Shown here: piece after piece, positions 13,301 through 27,529 of the stretch
Layout: every line of letters begins with the position of its first letter
How positions within the stretch are numbered: position 1 is the first letter of the stretch
NCBI RefSeq assembly: GCF_963921235.1
Contig: NC_086097.1
Location: forward strand, 52,206,001-52,270,000
Source: Mobula hypostoma
Taxonomy: Eukaryota
Reading direction: 5' to 3'
DNA length: 64,000 bases
The notes under the pieces: model-generated
Databases searched by the model: none
What the model was told of the DNA's origin: nothing
Seen by the model: the letters and a program-made list of their open reading frames with translations, nothing else
Position numbers and translations under genes: made by a program

Positions 13301-14520
13301 CAAAATGCCCCCATTTCTAAATATAATTATCTGTTAGGGTATCACACAAAATTGCATTCTTTAAACAAGTATATACAAATCCATTTTTTCCATGGGCGTG
13401 AAATTCTCAGTACAAATATAGCTGCATATGAAAGAGCTATGACAGCAGGTTCAAATCAAGTACCCAGGGCAACTTGATTGAAAATTAACTCTGTTCAGAC
13501 TAGCACACAAGATGCAGTACTGATTAGTTATGTAGAATTTAAAGGAACATCAAATTTGGCAATTTATCAAGACTCCATACACTAACTGACGAGTTTATTG
13601 AGACATTTGACACTCTGATATCGATTGTCATTTAGTAAAATAAATTATTTAAAAATCTTAAATCTTCCCTAAAAATTTATATTTTCACGTTTGTCAGTTC
13701 TTCATCAAGTGCACGGTTTTTGCTGATTCAGTTGGTTCTTTGTGCAAATTGCTCTAGGACAGTTGATCTGCCCATTTGATACTGAGAACTTATTAATGTG
13801 TGTTACTCAAAATTAACCTGTCACCTTGCAAGATTTTTGGAATAGTGATTCCAAATCGCTGATGAGAAAAGACATATAAAGGTTAGAGAGCACAGGTTAA
13901 ATAATGTGCACGTTCACTGCTCACATAATAGAAAAAGGGTCCTTATTTGCAGTAAGTTATCATTCAATGCTAATTAAAGTTGGGTGAGATTGCTGTCTCA
14001 AGGAAGGTCAGTTAAGCTTATTGAATTATATAGCCAATGGGTGTGTTAGCTTCAAATTTCCTGTAAGTTGTAAATTTCTTCAGAATGTTCTACATTGATG
14101 GATTACTTTTCAAAATAATCACACTTCCGTCTCTTGCAAACGTGCAATCCTCAGTCATGCTCGCAGCTTCGTTTTCTTTTGTTATGTTTTATAGAACTTG
14201 AGCATTACTCTATCACTCTGGAAATGTGCTAAAAAGCTGCTTGTCATTTGTTTGCGAACCAGGATTTATGCATAAATTTTAAAATATGGCCAACTTTTCA
14301 ATAGCTTATAAAAATGTTTGCTACATTTCATATCCTTTCCTATAATAGTTGCACAAACTGTAAAGGTTCCTTTCTGTGAAAGGAGGTTCTGTCAGGATAT
14401 GTAAAAAAAAGAGCATTTTTCAACCTGTATCTGAACTACTTTAAGAGAAAATGAAGTCCAATAGTATCTTCAAGGTACAAATGCCATTATATAATAAAAT
14501 GTCAATATGTTTGCCACCAT
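10317..14520 (+). other. FRMD6: Putative long 3' UTR of FRMD6
   Basis: AT-rich and free of recognisable repeats; AATAAA at 10450, 11260 and 14493, the last followed by a GT/T-rich tract. Confidence 0.5.
14493..14498 (+). terminator. Candidate distal polyadenylation signal
   Basis: AATAAA followed ~25 nt later by cagtgttgtgttttaatttt; repeats resume shortly downstream. Confidence 0.45.
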
Positions 14521-15084
14521 CAGTGTTGTGTTTTAATTTTGAAAAGACTTTGTAATTTGTTTAATAATGGGTTTTTGGACACCACATGGATTCTGATACG
14601 AGTTCCAGGGCAATGTCACGGTATAATTGTTGATTGGTTAGCCATTAAGGGGGCTTAGTTAGAGTATCACGTAGAATTAATAGCTAGTACCTTATTTCCC
14701 TATTTCAGAGTAGATAGAATGATTGCCCTGGAGAAATTGACTCTCTCTGTTTATATCACCCTTCCAGAAAGTGCTTCAGCTCTTAACAACTCTTCATTAA
14801 AAAATAACCCCAAATTTTTTCTTCAGTTTCTCTGATTATTATTTTCCTTCTATTTCCTTTGGGTTCACCAGGAAAATGATTATCCATATGGGAAAGATTT
14901 CAGAATGTTCCACTTGTTTCCTTTTTGATGGGCAGTGGCAGTGGTGGGAACGAAAAGTAAATCACAAAATAAAGCAGTTTCATTTTAAATTTGGGAACTT
15001 GAGCAGTCAGGGATTGCTTGAAAAGGTCAGCACTAAAAATATGTGCTAGAATTCATTACTGTTATATGTTGTGATTCAGCCTAT

Positions 15085-15450
15085 CAGTACTTCTGATGAA
15101 ATGTCTCAGCCTAAAACCTTGACTGTTTGCTCCTTTCCAAAGACGCTGCCTGGCCTGCTGAGCTCCTCCAGCATTTTATGTGCGTTGCTTGATTTCCAGC
15201 ATCTGCAGATTTCCTCATGTTTAAGTTTTTCTATTGGCTTCAGCAAAGGAGAATACACAGGAGTCTCTTCACAATTATGAGTAGCCAAGTGTTTTTCCTA
15301 TAAGCAACGCACACTAAATGCTGAAGGAACTCAACAGGTCAGGCAGCAACTATGGAGGCAAATAAATAATTGACATATGGGGCCAAGACCATTCATCAGG
15401 AATTTGATGAAGTGTCTCAGATTTCCAGCATTTTCAGACGTTCTTGTATC
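15085..15450. repeat. Two oppositely oriented Penelope pseudo-LTR-derived repeats
   Basis: ctgatgaa...gactg...gctgcctggcctgctgagctcctccagcatttt motif and its reverse complement; same unit as at the end of the Penelope fragment at 55410-56070. Confidence 0.6.
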
Positions 15451-16014
15451 TCTGCTTTTCCCTAACTAAGATTTGCACGAGCTGCTAACATTTAGAGCAT
15501 TAATTATTCCATGTTTACTGACTAACTATAACTTGCAGAGCTTTTTATAAATTGTCTAAGTATTCTTTATAAGCTTGCAACTTCGATGCGTTTAAAGGAA
15601 ATTGTTCATGTAGATTCAATTCTGATAGTTGTAAAGTCTGTTTCGAAATTTGTATGGAGACTGTCAGCCCTAGATTTTATAAGATTAATTATGATAAATG
15701 GAGTACGTGGAATTTATGTGAGACTTTACTGATTTAAGTGACAACTTGGTCAGTATCCAGGAGACATGGATTAAAAATATTTGATGAAGGAACTAGCGAG
15801 ATTTTTAGAAGAATTTTTAATATAAGTTGTTAAGGTCTTAAAATGCATTTTCTGGAAGGATAATACGAACATCAACATTCAAAAAACAACTTAGTGTGCA
15901 CTGAGGTTGACATTGTATGATTAGAGGGAAAAGGGCAGGGCGTGAAACAAAATTGCGTGCCTTTCTGAAACTGCTGGTACAAGCATGGCTTGCCAAGTAG
16001 CTTCCTTTGTTACA

Positions 16015-16700
16015 TTCAAGATTCAAAAAACTTTATTGTCATTCTAACCATACATCAGCTCTGCAGGGCAGAATGAGACAGCGTTCCCTCAGGGGCAGTG
16101 CAATCATAACATAACAAACGCAACACTAAATAATAAACATAACAATAAATAGTAAAACACAACAGCCACATGTCAGTTAAATCAGTTATAAGTGTCCAGT
16201 GCAAGTTAAAAGTGTCCAAAGCAGAGTCAGGTGGAGCAGCTATTTAGCAGTCTGACTGTCTGTGGGAGGAAGCTGTTTAGTAGCCTTGTGGTTTTAGTTT
16301 TGATGCTCCTGTAACGTTTGCCTGATGGCAGAAGAACAAACAGTTCATGGAGAGGGTGTGAGGGGTCTTTAATGATGTACCGTGTCTTCTGGAGGCATCG
16401 ACTCTGAAATAGGTCTTGGACAGAAGGTAGGGAGACCCCAATAACCTTCTCTGCTCCCCTAACCACCCTCTGCAAGGCTTTTTTGTCGACAGCACTGCAG
16501 CTGGAGTACCAGGTTGTGATGCTAAAGGTCAGCACACTCTCAACCACGCCTCTGTAAAATGTAGTTAAGATGTTAATGGGGAGTGATGCTTGTTTAAGCT
16601 TCCTCAGAAAGTGCAATCTCTGCTGGGCCCGTGTTCCTGGACCAGGTGAGATTGTCCGAGATCTGCACCCCAAGGAACTTGATGTTTTCCACTCTCTCAC
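16015..16700 (-). mobile_element. Rex1/Babar LINE 3' fragment
   Basis: ORF 16227-16700: AQQRLHFLRKL...VESVLTFSITTWY...LLPSGKRYRS; tail ttcaagattcaaaaaactttattgtcat. Confidence 0.88.
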
Positions 16701-17263
16701 TACATCATTTAATACTAAGAGGTCTTGCTTCGAGGATGAGTGAAACTATGATGTTCATGCCACACCAGCTTCACACATGTGCTTCCATTTATTCCACCAT
16801 ACAAGTGAGGGCAGCCAAATTGAAAAGTATTAGTAGACTTTGTTTCTAGACTCCCTACAGTTGAATTTGGGGTAAAACACTGGACAACAATGATGCCAAG
16901 CAGTGTTGTAAAGTAGCAATGGGAGAATATTAAAACAGTTTAACTAGAAAAATATTATGCCCTCTTATTGCCTCCTGTTGGATGCGACAGAAGGTGTTTT
17001 CTTCCCTTTTTATCAGGTGCTGATGAAAAAGAGCACAGGATGAGGGCAGTCTGTCAACACATGCCATATGTCCTCATGTCCTATATGAACTGAGTCAGCC
17101 AGGTTATTGTGGTAAGCCATGTTTGCAAAGGCAGCCTCTCCATTTTATTGCTATGCTATTAATACCAGGTTTCTGGCATTGTGTGAAGTCTCGATAGACA
17201 TCTTTGAAGTATATGGGTTATGTATCCTCTTAAAGCTACCAATGTATCAGTGTGCACCTACAG

Positions 17264-17456
17264 CAGGGGTGGCCAACCTTTTACATTCCATGCGTCAATT
17301 TTTTCACTCACGAGTTCAGATTCGCCATACTTCTCTTGTACCCCCATTCAATTCTTGTAAAAATATGTTAATATAGAACTCATGCGTGAAAAAATTGCAA
17401 CTAAACTCGTGCGTGAAAAAATTGATGCATGGAATGGAAAAGGTTGGCCACCCCTG
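17264..17456. mobile_element. hAT-type MITE (193 bp)
   Basis: ~53-bp TIRs starting caggggtggccaacctttt; perfect 8-bp TSD ACCTACAG (17256-17263 and 17457-17464). Confidence 0.92.
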
Positions 17457-18423
17457 ACCTACAGCCTTACTTGCCTGTGTGCACATACAGCCAAAAGACC
17501 CACAGTGTGGATTACCATGGTACAGCCCTGGAGAGACTTTAGATCCAATCTCCAATTAGGATAGGCGATTATAAATAGACCGTTGGGTAGGTGTGAGAAT
17601 GAAATTTACCTCCATGAAATCAAAGTGGTTATGTTTTAGTACTAAGAATGAGAAGAGATAACATAAACTGGAGGGGACAAATTCTAAAAAGGATATAAAG
17701 AACAGAGAAATGAATCTTGGGTATGTATGCTTAATTTATTGAAGGTGGCAGGGTAGGTTGGGAAACTAGTTGAAAATAGCACACTGGGTCTTGTACATTC
17801 ATATTTGAAATAAATAGCTCAAGCATAATAATTTTCAATGTATTCTAGTATTAAATATATATCAGAATTGTCTGAATTAAAAGAAGTGTTCACTACATTT
17901 AATCCTCTCAAATTACTTGAATAATACAAATATGCTGATAACGATCCCTGACACAGAAGGAAATGTATTTGCTTGCCAGGATAATATGATAGAATATTCC
18001 TTAAGTTCAATTGATATCTCCTAAATTAAGAATCTGAGGAACTGCAACATCCATTTACTTTTATTTATACTGAAATGTCAGGTTTCCTTAAGGTGATAAG
18101 ATTCAGTGACCTTGTACTAAGTGCTCGGCTGGTATTAGTCAGTGCATTGTATCTGTGTGCAGTTTGTAGCGGAATCTGATTTTAGGAGTATAATATACAC
18201 CAGTCCTGTTGAAGAAGTGTGCAGGATATGACCAAACACTTTGAACTTTAGAGATACAAAATTTGTGCACAGATAGAAATGAAATAAAAGGAGATCTGAA
18301 AATAATTTCAAATAAAATTTAGTAAATTCCTTTCTTACAATTACTCTTTAAAAATATTAGTTAATACAGTTGATAATTGTATTGGGTGAACTGATTCAAA
18401 ATGGTTGTTTATTTAATTTGAAA

Positions 18424-19210
18424 CAGAATCAGGTTTAATATCGCTGGTATATGTCATGAAATTTGTTGTTTAACGGCAGCAGTACATTGCAATACATAAT
18501 AACACTATAAAATACAATAAGACATAATAAAAATATGTAAAATAAGTTGTTCAAAAAGAGACCTAAAAGCAGAAAAAAGTGAGGTAGTATACATGGGTTC
18601 AACGTCCATTCAGAAGTCTGCTGGTGGAGGGGAAGAAGCTGTTCCTGAAACATTGAGTGGATGTCTCCAAGCTCCTGTATCTCTTTCTTGATGACAGCAA
18701 TCAGAAGAGGGCACGTCCTGGGTGATGGCACTCCTTAATCATGGATGCTGCCTTTTTGAGGCGTCACCTTTTGAAGTCATCCTTGATGATGGGGAGGATA
18801 TTGCCCATGGTGCAGCTGACTGAGTTTACAACTTTATGTAGCTCTTTTTGATTCTGTGCAGTGGCCCCTCCATATCAGACTGTGATGCAACCAGTTAGAA
18901 TGCTCCCCACAGTACTTCTGTAGAAATTTGCGAGAGTATTTGGTTGCAGATCAGATTTCCTCAAGCTCCTAATGAAATATAGCCACTACCATGCCTTCTT
19001 TATAATTGCATCAATAGATTGGGGCCAGGATAGATCTTCTGTGATGTTGACACCCAGGGACTTGAAACTGCTCATCTTTTCCACTTCTGATCCCTCAATG
19101 AGGACTGCTGTGTGTTCCCTTCCTGAAGTCCACAATCAATTCCTTGGTCTTACTGATGTTGAGTACAAGTTTGTTGTTTTGACAACACTCAACCAGCTGA
19201 TATATCTTTC
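18424..19210 (-). mobile_element. Rex1/Babar LINE 3' fragment
   Basis: agaatcaggtttaatatc tail; gggaagaagctgttcctgaa and catgccttctttataattgc segments shared with the other Rex1 copies. Confidence 0.7.
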
Positions 19211-20515
19211 TCCAGAGATTCCAATTGACTTATTGGGATTGGATTATTACTGGCAAGGGCAAGCATTTATTGCTCATTCCTAATCCCTAATTGCCTTTCA
19301 ACTGAGTGACTTGCAGAAGGCATTTAACAATCTACCATTTTGTGAATTTAAAATCATATAAAGGCTAAGCCAAGTATGGACAGCAGATTTTGTCCCCTCA
19401 AAACCAGTAATGAACCATGGGAGTTTTTATAACAATCCAATGTTAAAATTGGAAAATGAAAAGTCATTGTCTTCAGTTCTGCCACAAATTATATGGATTT
19501 TTATCACTCCCATCCCTTTCCTGGCCATTATCCCAGACTGAACCAGTGTATTTTCAAGTTTTGCAATCTTTCTGGCCTTTGTCAATCTGTTACTCTGTCA
19601 AAATCTACTCACCCCTCCTAATGTATCCTTATTTGGCTTGTTCTCAGTAGTGAAGTGACTATGCCTCTTATGTCATTGAAGGTATAGTCTAAGTGCAAGT
19701 TGTCATAGTTCAATAATTAGCTACTCCCCAATGATGTGAGTCATGCTATGCACAACAACATCTCAATTGATTACCTAAGAAAAATGGGAGATCCTGTGGG
19801 ACAGCTAACTAACAATGCATTAGAAGTTCCTGGATAAAGAAGGGTACAAAAGGTGTTAGGAGGACACTGAGATCTCAGTTCAGCCAACTGGACAACCCGC
19901 TAAGTTCAGCCCATCAAAATACAGCTTGATAGGTGGAGGCAGGTGAAGAGAGAGAGGAAGGTGAAAGTGGAGACTGCTACTTCTATCTGTCTTTTAGTTG
20001 TTTGCGTCCTTACAACGTTCACCTTCCTGCCTCCCAGACACCCCTTCGAGTACTACTCTCCCATCACCCTCCATCTGTCTATCATCCTGTCCATCTTTAC
20101 TTTCATACTACCTCGATCCACCAATAACTATTGGTGCCTGTCTCTTCCCCTTTCCTATTTATACTGGCTATCTTCCCTAGCCATACTATTTCCCAGTGCA
20201 GGACTTTGACCTGAAATGTCAACAGTTCCTTTCTTCTCACAGATGCTGCTTGATCTGCTAAGTTTCTCCAGATTCCAGCATCTGCAGTCTTCTTTGTCTT
20301 TATCTTTGAAGTAGGCTTGTGTTAGAGTATTCATTTAAGATTGAGCTTAGGTTTAGGTAAATTCATTTTGGTGCAGATAATATTTCAAAGAAGGGAATGT
20401 ATCAATATGATTAGAAAGACTTGTTTGACAGAGTCGAATAAGGGGGTATGATTGGTGTTTGATCTCTTTCATGATGTCACTCTTCCTGCTCTTATTACTG
20501 TCCTATATTCCAGGT

Positions 20516-20907
20516 TGGGTGGTGAGGTGGAGACACGACTCTACCAAAGGAGGTGTAAGGCGCTTCTTCCCTCCGCTAGCCTGCAGGTTACCCTTGGGCA
20601 AGGCGTAGCTCTTGCTTAGCCCCCTGATCAGGGTCACGTGAAACCATGGGAGCAGGTGGTGAATGGTTGTATGAACAGCTGGTGTATATCACAAATCCTG
20701 GCTATGCAACCAATGAAGCCAGGGAGATAATCTCTGAAGATTATTGATAATAGCTTGGGGGGGTGGAGGGGGGGTCATCCGTGTTATAAAGCCAGTGCCC
20801 AGAAGAAGGCAATGGCAAACCATTTCTAGAGAAAAATTTGACCCCAAGAACAACCATGATCGCCCACATCATACAACACGACACGGTTCATAATGAATGA
20901 ACGAATG
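20516..20907 (+). mobile_element. RTE-related non-autonomous retroposon
   Basis: 8-bp TSD TTCCAGGT (20508-20515 and 20908-20915); gaagaaggcaatggcaaacca motif resembling RTE/BovB 3' ends; (aatg)n-like tail. Confidence 0.7.
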
Positions 20908-21292
20908 TTCCAGGTCCTGGTAATCCATTAAAAGGATTTCACAATTATGATTAAATTTCAATGTAACTTTTCCCATATATTGCAAGATTTAATAAACTAA
21001 GCAGCTTTTGTGAATGTAAGTTGATGTCATAATAACTTGAAGTGAATTCTCTATCAGATTTATTGCAGCAAATATCATTTCATGATCGTGTTAATTAATA
21101 GCATTCTGCATTTTGATCAATGATCAAAATCACTTTTACCAGTCAATCACCTCACTGCTTCTCTGTGTCCAGGTGTTGGAGGACTTGATTTTTCCAATGA
21201 CTCCAGGTTGTCCTCGTGCTCCGTACTCCAAGCTCTGCATGCAGTCCAATTGTTGCTCCCCATTGGCCTCCTTGTCTCCAGTTCCTCTAGAT

Positions 21293-21371
21293 TAGGGGTT
21301 CCCAACGTTTTTATGCCCTGGATCCCTGCCAGTAACTTAGGGTTCTGTGGACCACAGGTTGGGAACCTCTG
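21293..21371. mobile_element. Tiny hAT-type MITE
   Basis: TIRs taggggttcccaac / gttgggaacctctg; TSD ctctagat / atctagat (NTCTAGAN type). Confidence 0.8.
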
Positions 21372-21679
21372 ATCTAGATGATTTTATTAAACATAATTTG
21401 CTGTTTCTCACTCCTCCCCTCTTCCTGTCTTCTCCACCTTATTACAATACCTCAAGGAGAACTCTTCAACAGGGCCAGGAGTCATGAAAGTGTACCCCAC
21501 CTGCACCTTTCTATATATGTGATTTTCTTTAGACCTCAGTTCTGAATAACATTTTGACCACCACATCTTAGTAATCAACATAAATTCTTATCTCATTCTA
21601 TTGGTGTGGAGCTCCCTAGGATACTTTACCACATTAAAGAAACAATATAAATGAAAGTTATTAATGTTAGCAGGGATCC

Positions 21680-22015
21680 ATCCATTGTATGTCTACATTT
21701 TGTGATGCCTCACTAAAGCAGCCGGTAAAATCAAAACCACCTCCATCCCAGATATTCTCTCCTCTCCTCTCTCCCATTGGGCAGAAGATTAAAAAAACCT
21801 GGAAGTACATACTACCAGGCTCAAGGATAGTTTCTAGCCTGTTGTTATAAGACTGATGAATGGTCTCCTAGCACTTTAAGGTGGACCCTTGACTTCACAA
21901 TCCACCTCATTAGGGCTTCTTCATTTTTGCCTGCTCTGTAACTGAACTACCTCAATGCATTGATCTAATGATATCAAGGCCAGCTTTTCACTGTAATGTG
22001 ACAATTAAAAAAAAA
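21680..22015 (+). mobile_element. Degenerate Rex1-like LINE 3' end
   Basis: ccattgggcagaagat...actaccaggctcaaggatagtttc corresponds to the LP.GRRYRS...TTRLKDSF region. Confidence 0.55.
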
Positions 22016-24389
22016 ACAATCTCCCTATTTATTCACTCCTGCATAAACCAAACGTCCAGGAACCAGGGTTGAAGGCTCAGTGCTGCTAACAATGTCTTTT
22101 TGTGGTGCATCAGGGGAAGAAAAGTTAGGATTGCAAATAGAATGATTTTTCAACATTAATCTCAAGCTCACTGCTCAATGGATATGGCATCATATCATAT
22201 GCTCAATAAATATGACATCTTTAAATGAATTATCCTTATCGCCAAGATGACTCAAATTGGAAAGTTGGCCTCTGCATATCTTTGAAATTATATTCTTGTT
22301 TGTTGCATTGAGTAGCATTATAGAAATATTATTTGTAGTCTAAAGGAAATAAATCCTTAACACAATAGATTGTTGACCAAGAGAAAACTAATACAAAATC
22401 TTTATGCTATAAATACAGTGGATTAAACAAGCACAAATGATAGCTTTAATAGGAGTTGAAAGAACAAGGGATTTTATTGGTTATAGTGTCTTCTCCAATT
22501 CATGCTGAAAGTTTCATAGTGTCCACATGAGGATCTAATCTTTTCATTAAAACTATTAATTTTCTATTGCATGTACTTGTGGCTACTTTTGTTGTAACAG
22601 AGGTTGTTCTTCATAGAAAGCAGTTATAGGAAACCATAGCAGCACATGCAAATCGCTGGAGGAACTCAGCAGGTCAGGCAGCATCTATGGAAATGAATAA
22701 ATGGAAGTCGATGTTTCAGGCTGAGACAGGACAGGAATAGGAAACTATTCCTGGTTCTCTTTCTTTATGTATGTATGACATGTATTAGTTTTAGGTTGAG
22801 GGTATCATTGGTAGTACCACCATTTGCACATGTCCTTAAGTTAGTTTGAAGCAACTTTCTTGAATCATTCGAGTTCTTCTGTAGTAGACATTCACACAGT
22901 TGCTGAGTGGAGAGATATATGACTTCGACCTCAGACCAACAAAGGAATAGCAATATATTTGCAAACAACAATATTGGAGGGAAACATTAAGATGGAGGTA
23001 TTCCCATGTTTTTGCCACTCTTGTCAGTCAAGGTAGTGGAACCAGTCAAATCTTCTGCTTTGCCCCAAATGATGCCAAGTTAATCAGCTGTTGTTGGAGC
23101 TGGACTCATCCAGTCATGTGTGACAGTCATATGCCTGCAGATTGTGGAAAAGCCTATTGGAAGACAAGGTGAATTGCTTATTCTAAATTGCATTCAAGAC
23201 TGAATTATCCCCTCCTCCTGAAACCTTGTTGGAAAAAATGTGTGAAATATTTTCTGCTCAAAAACTAATAATTTCTGGTTTTCCAGTGTTAAACCAATTC
23301 TTGAAGACTACTGAGTCCTTCAAAAAAGGAAAGTGCTGTTAGACACATGCTAATATGAATTATTTGAAACTATCCTCCTTGTGCTGAATATGAAATTTTG
23401 CAGCACAACCCAGCTGAAGTGAGTTTAGTAACCAGTCAGAATCATCACTAAGCATTTACATTGACTCCGCATACTTGAGTCGGAGTCTACATGTAGCTGA
23501 ACTCTTTTTAAAAAAAATAATCCTCCAAATACACTATGACATTTTCACAGTGCATGACTGTCAATCAGAATATCTGTAAGGTAGTTGTTTTCCTGTATTA
23601 GGATGGTCCAAACTTCATTCCAGCTTTATGGTAGTGTTAAAATCTATCCTGCTTGCAAATTCTCAGTGTTCCAGCTTGCTACATCATCAAATGCAAAGCC
23701 CTAACTGTGGCAGGTTTACAAGCAGATGTTATAAATTATGTTCCAGGCGTATGTATTTTAAGTTTACTGTGCAAAATGGAACGCACATGAAACCACGGTA
23801 GACTGTGTTAATTTGAAATGAAAGAGCAGGTTGAATTAATGTTGTGTCTGATCACTTCAACACATTTCCTTCATCTGTTGCCAAATTCCTGAAAGATTCT
23901 AAAAAAGTAATGTTTTCAGCTTCACTAATTTTTCAAAGTAAACTTTAGAAGAATTTCTGTTTAGCCAATCCAAATAAATTAGTTATAAGTTGTCAGCTCT
24001 GGTCAGTGGTTCAAAATTTCCTGCATCAAAAACAGTTGCAAATTTCCACTGGCTAAGGTACCAAACATAGCACTCATCGTACTAATGAGAATGTATCACC
24101 TGCAGAGCTCATTTTCCTGAATCAGATTGTAAATACCCAAGCATAAAGCAGACAGTTTTTTAAAACAATATCAGCTTGCATTCTATTTTGCATATTCTAA
24201 ATAGTAGGTTTTATGTTAAATCTTGTCATAAAGAGGTGGACAACAGATTTTGCTAATAGTTTTCTGACTAGCATTTTTTTACTTCATGGCAAATTCTATA
24301 GATAATCAAACTCACTTAACCTTACTGACCTGCAGCCTTAATTCTGTACCTCCATGAGAGCTGCTATGCCTGCTGTGAATTTCCATCTA

Positions 24390-25914
<1,525 letters not shown>

Positions 25915-26378
25915 TATGTTGCCTGATACTGCTGCCTCAGTTAATGTAAGATTTTTTGTAAGTAAATTACCTTTGTAATGTACCAAACTGGTTTATCTAC
26001 AGTAACTAAAGTTGTTAATAAATGAAGATACTAAAATATATTCTGTAAGAGGCCAAGTCATTACTGTCTCAAGGGTGCAGATGGTCAGGCAGATTGATTC
26101 CACACTAGGAACAATTATTGTTCTGAAGAATGTTATTCATTTTCACCAGCCCTGCTTGTCCTTTGGTACAAGGCCAGAGCCTGCTCAACAGATGGGGGAA
26201 TGCACGAACTTTGGGTGGTAAGTCAAATTCAGTATCTCCAGCCCAAAGTTTCATACAAACATCTTCATACTGGTATTGCCGATTTAAATCAAGATTTAGT
26301 TATTTTAAATTTTGCTAATAATTTCTATAGCAAGTGTTTTTGGATTTGATATTGTACTCAGATTAAATCAAAGATAAG

Positions 26379-26605
26379 ATACAGCAGATGTTGGAAATCT
26401 GAAATAAATCAGAGAATACTGGAAATACTCAGCAAGCCGTGCAGTATCTGCAGAGAAGGAAGTAGAGTTATTGTTTCATGTTAATGACCTTTTATTAGGA
26501 AAGACCTGATAATAAGTTATTGATCTGACATGTTTATTCTTTTTCTCCACAGATACTGCCTGATTTGTTGGGTGGTTCCAGCAATCTCTGCTTTGGTTCA
26601 GATCA
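26379..26605. repeat. Inverted pair of Penelope pLTR-like units
   Basis: gcagatgttggaaatctgaa...ctggaaatactcagc at left; inverted counterpart cacagatactgcctgatttgttgggtggttccagca at right. Confidence 0.5.
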
Positions 26606-27529
26606 AATGTTCATTTAAATATCTTATTGTTAAATAGTAATCATAACATTATTTAAGAACTTAGATAGTTACAGTGGTTTTTATTTGATGATGATAGATA
26701 TTCATGTGAAAGGAAATGAAAATGGAGTATTATTAATTATTACAATTGCTAAAAAAGAAATTAATGCTAATAACCTACTGTGCTGATACTGTCTGGTGTC
26801 CTGTCCTGCTCGATCTAATAGGAGGGCTCTAAATATAAGGAGTGACATGACTGGTGTAAATCAATAGTACTCTTCACAACTATAATTTTTATAGTGTGGG
26901 CCTGTACAAGATAAACAGAAATAATGCCTGAGGAAATTGATGCACAGAAATGTTTTTGCTGTAACACGTAAGTTTCATATGTAAATATCTGCATGTTTGC
27001 CATAGTGTATCACAAAACTCACGGAACTTCCATGGTAGTTTGTCATTTGCAACTCCAGGCATTAAAGGATGCTTTAACTTCTCATAAGACTTGACTATGC
27101 TCTCCATAGGGATCTTGCTAACACAATTTATATGAATGCCATCATTTTCCTCTTTATATGTTTTATATACATTCCCCTGTGCCTTTTTATTTGAGCTTCA
27201 TGGACATCCCTTTGCTCGGCCCTGATATTGAGTGCCAGCTATTCAGGCAAGGCAATATGCATGCAGAAGGCTATTTCTGACTCTTGAGATACCTAATTCA
27301 TTCCATGATTGACAGCAGTTGGTCTGCAGTGTTCTTTTGCTTCCCTTTCCTTCTGCAGTAATCTGAAAACAAAGATAATCCTGTCAGGAACTGACAACCA
27401 GGGAACTGTGTATGTTGTACCAGTTATTGCCTTATGAATTTGATATAACTCGACTGAGCCACTTAAGACAATGTTTTTTACTGAAAGTATCAGCTGAGAA
27501 GGCCGTAGCTTCTTATTCGTATAGATATA

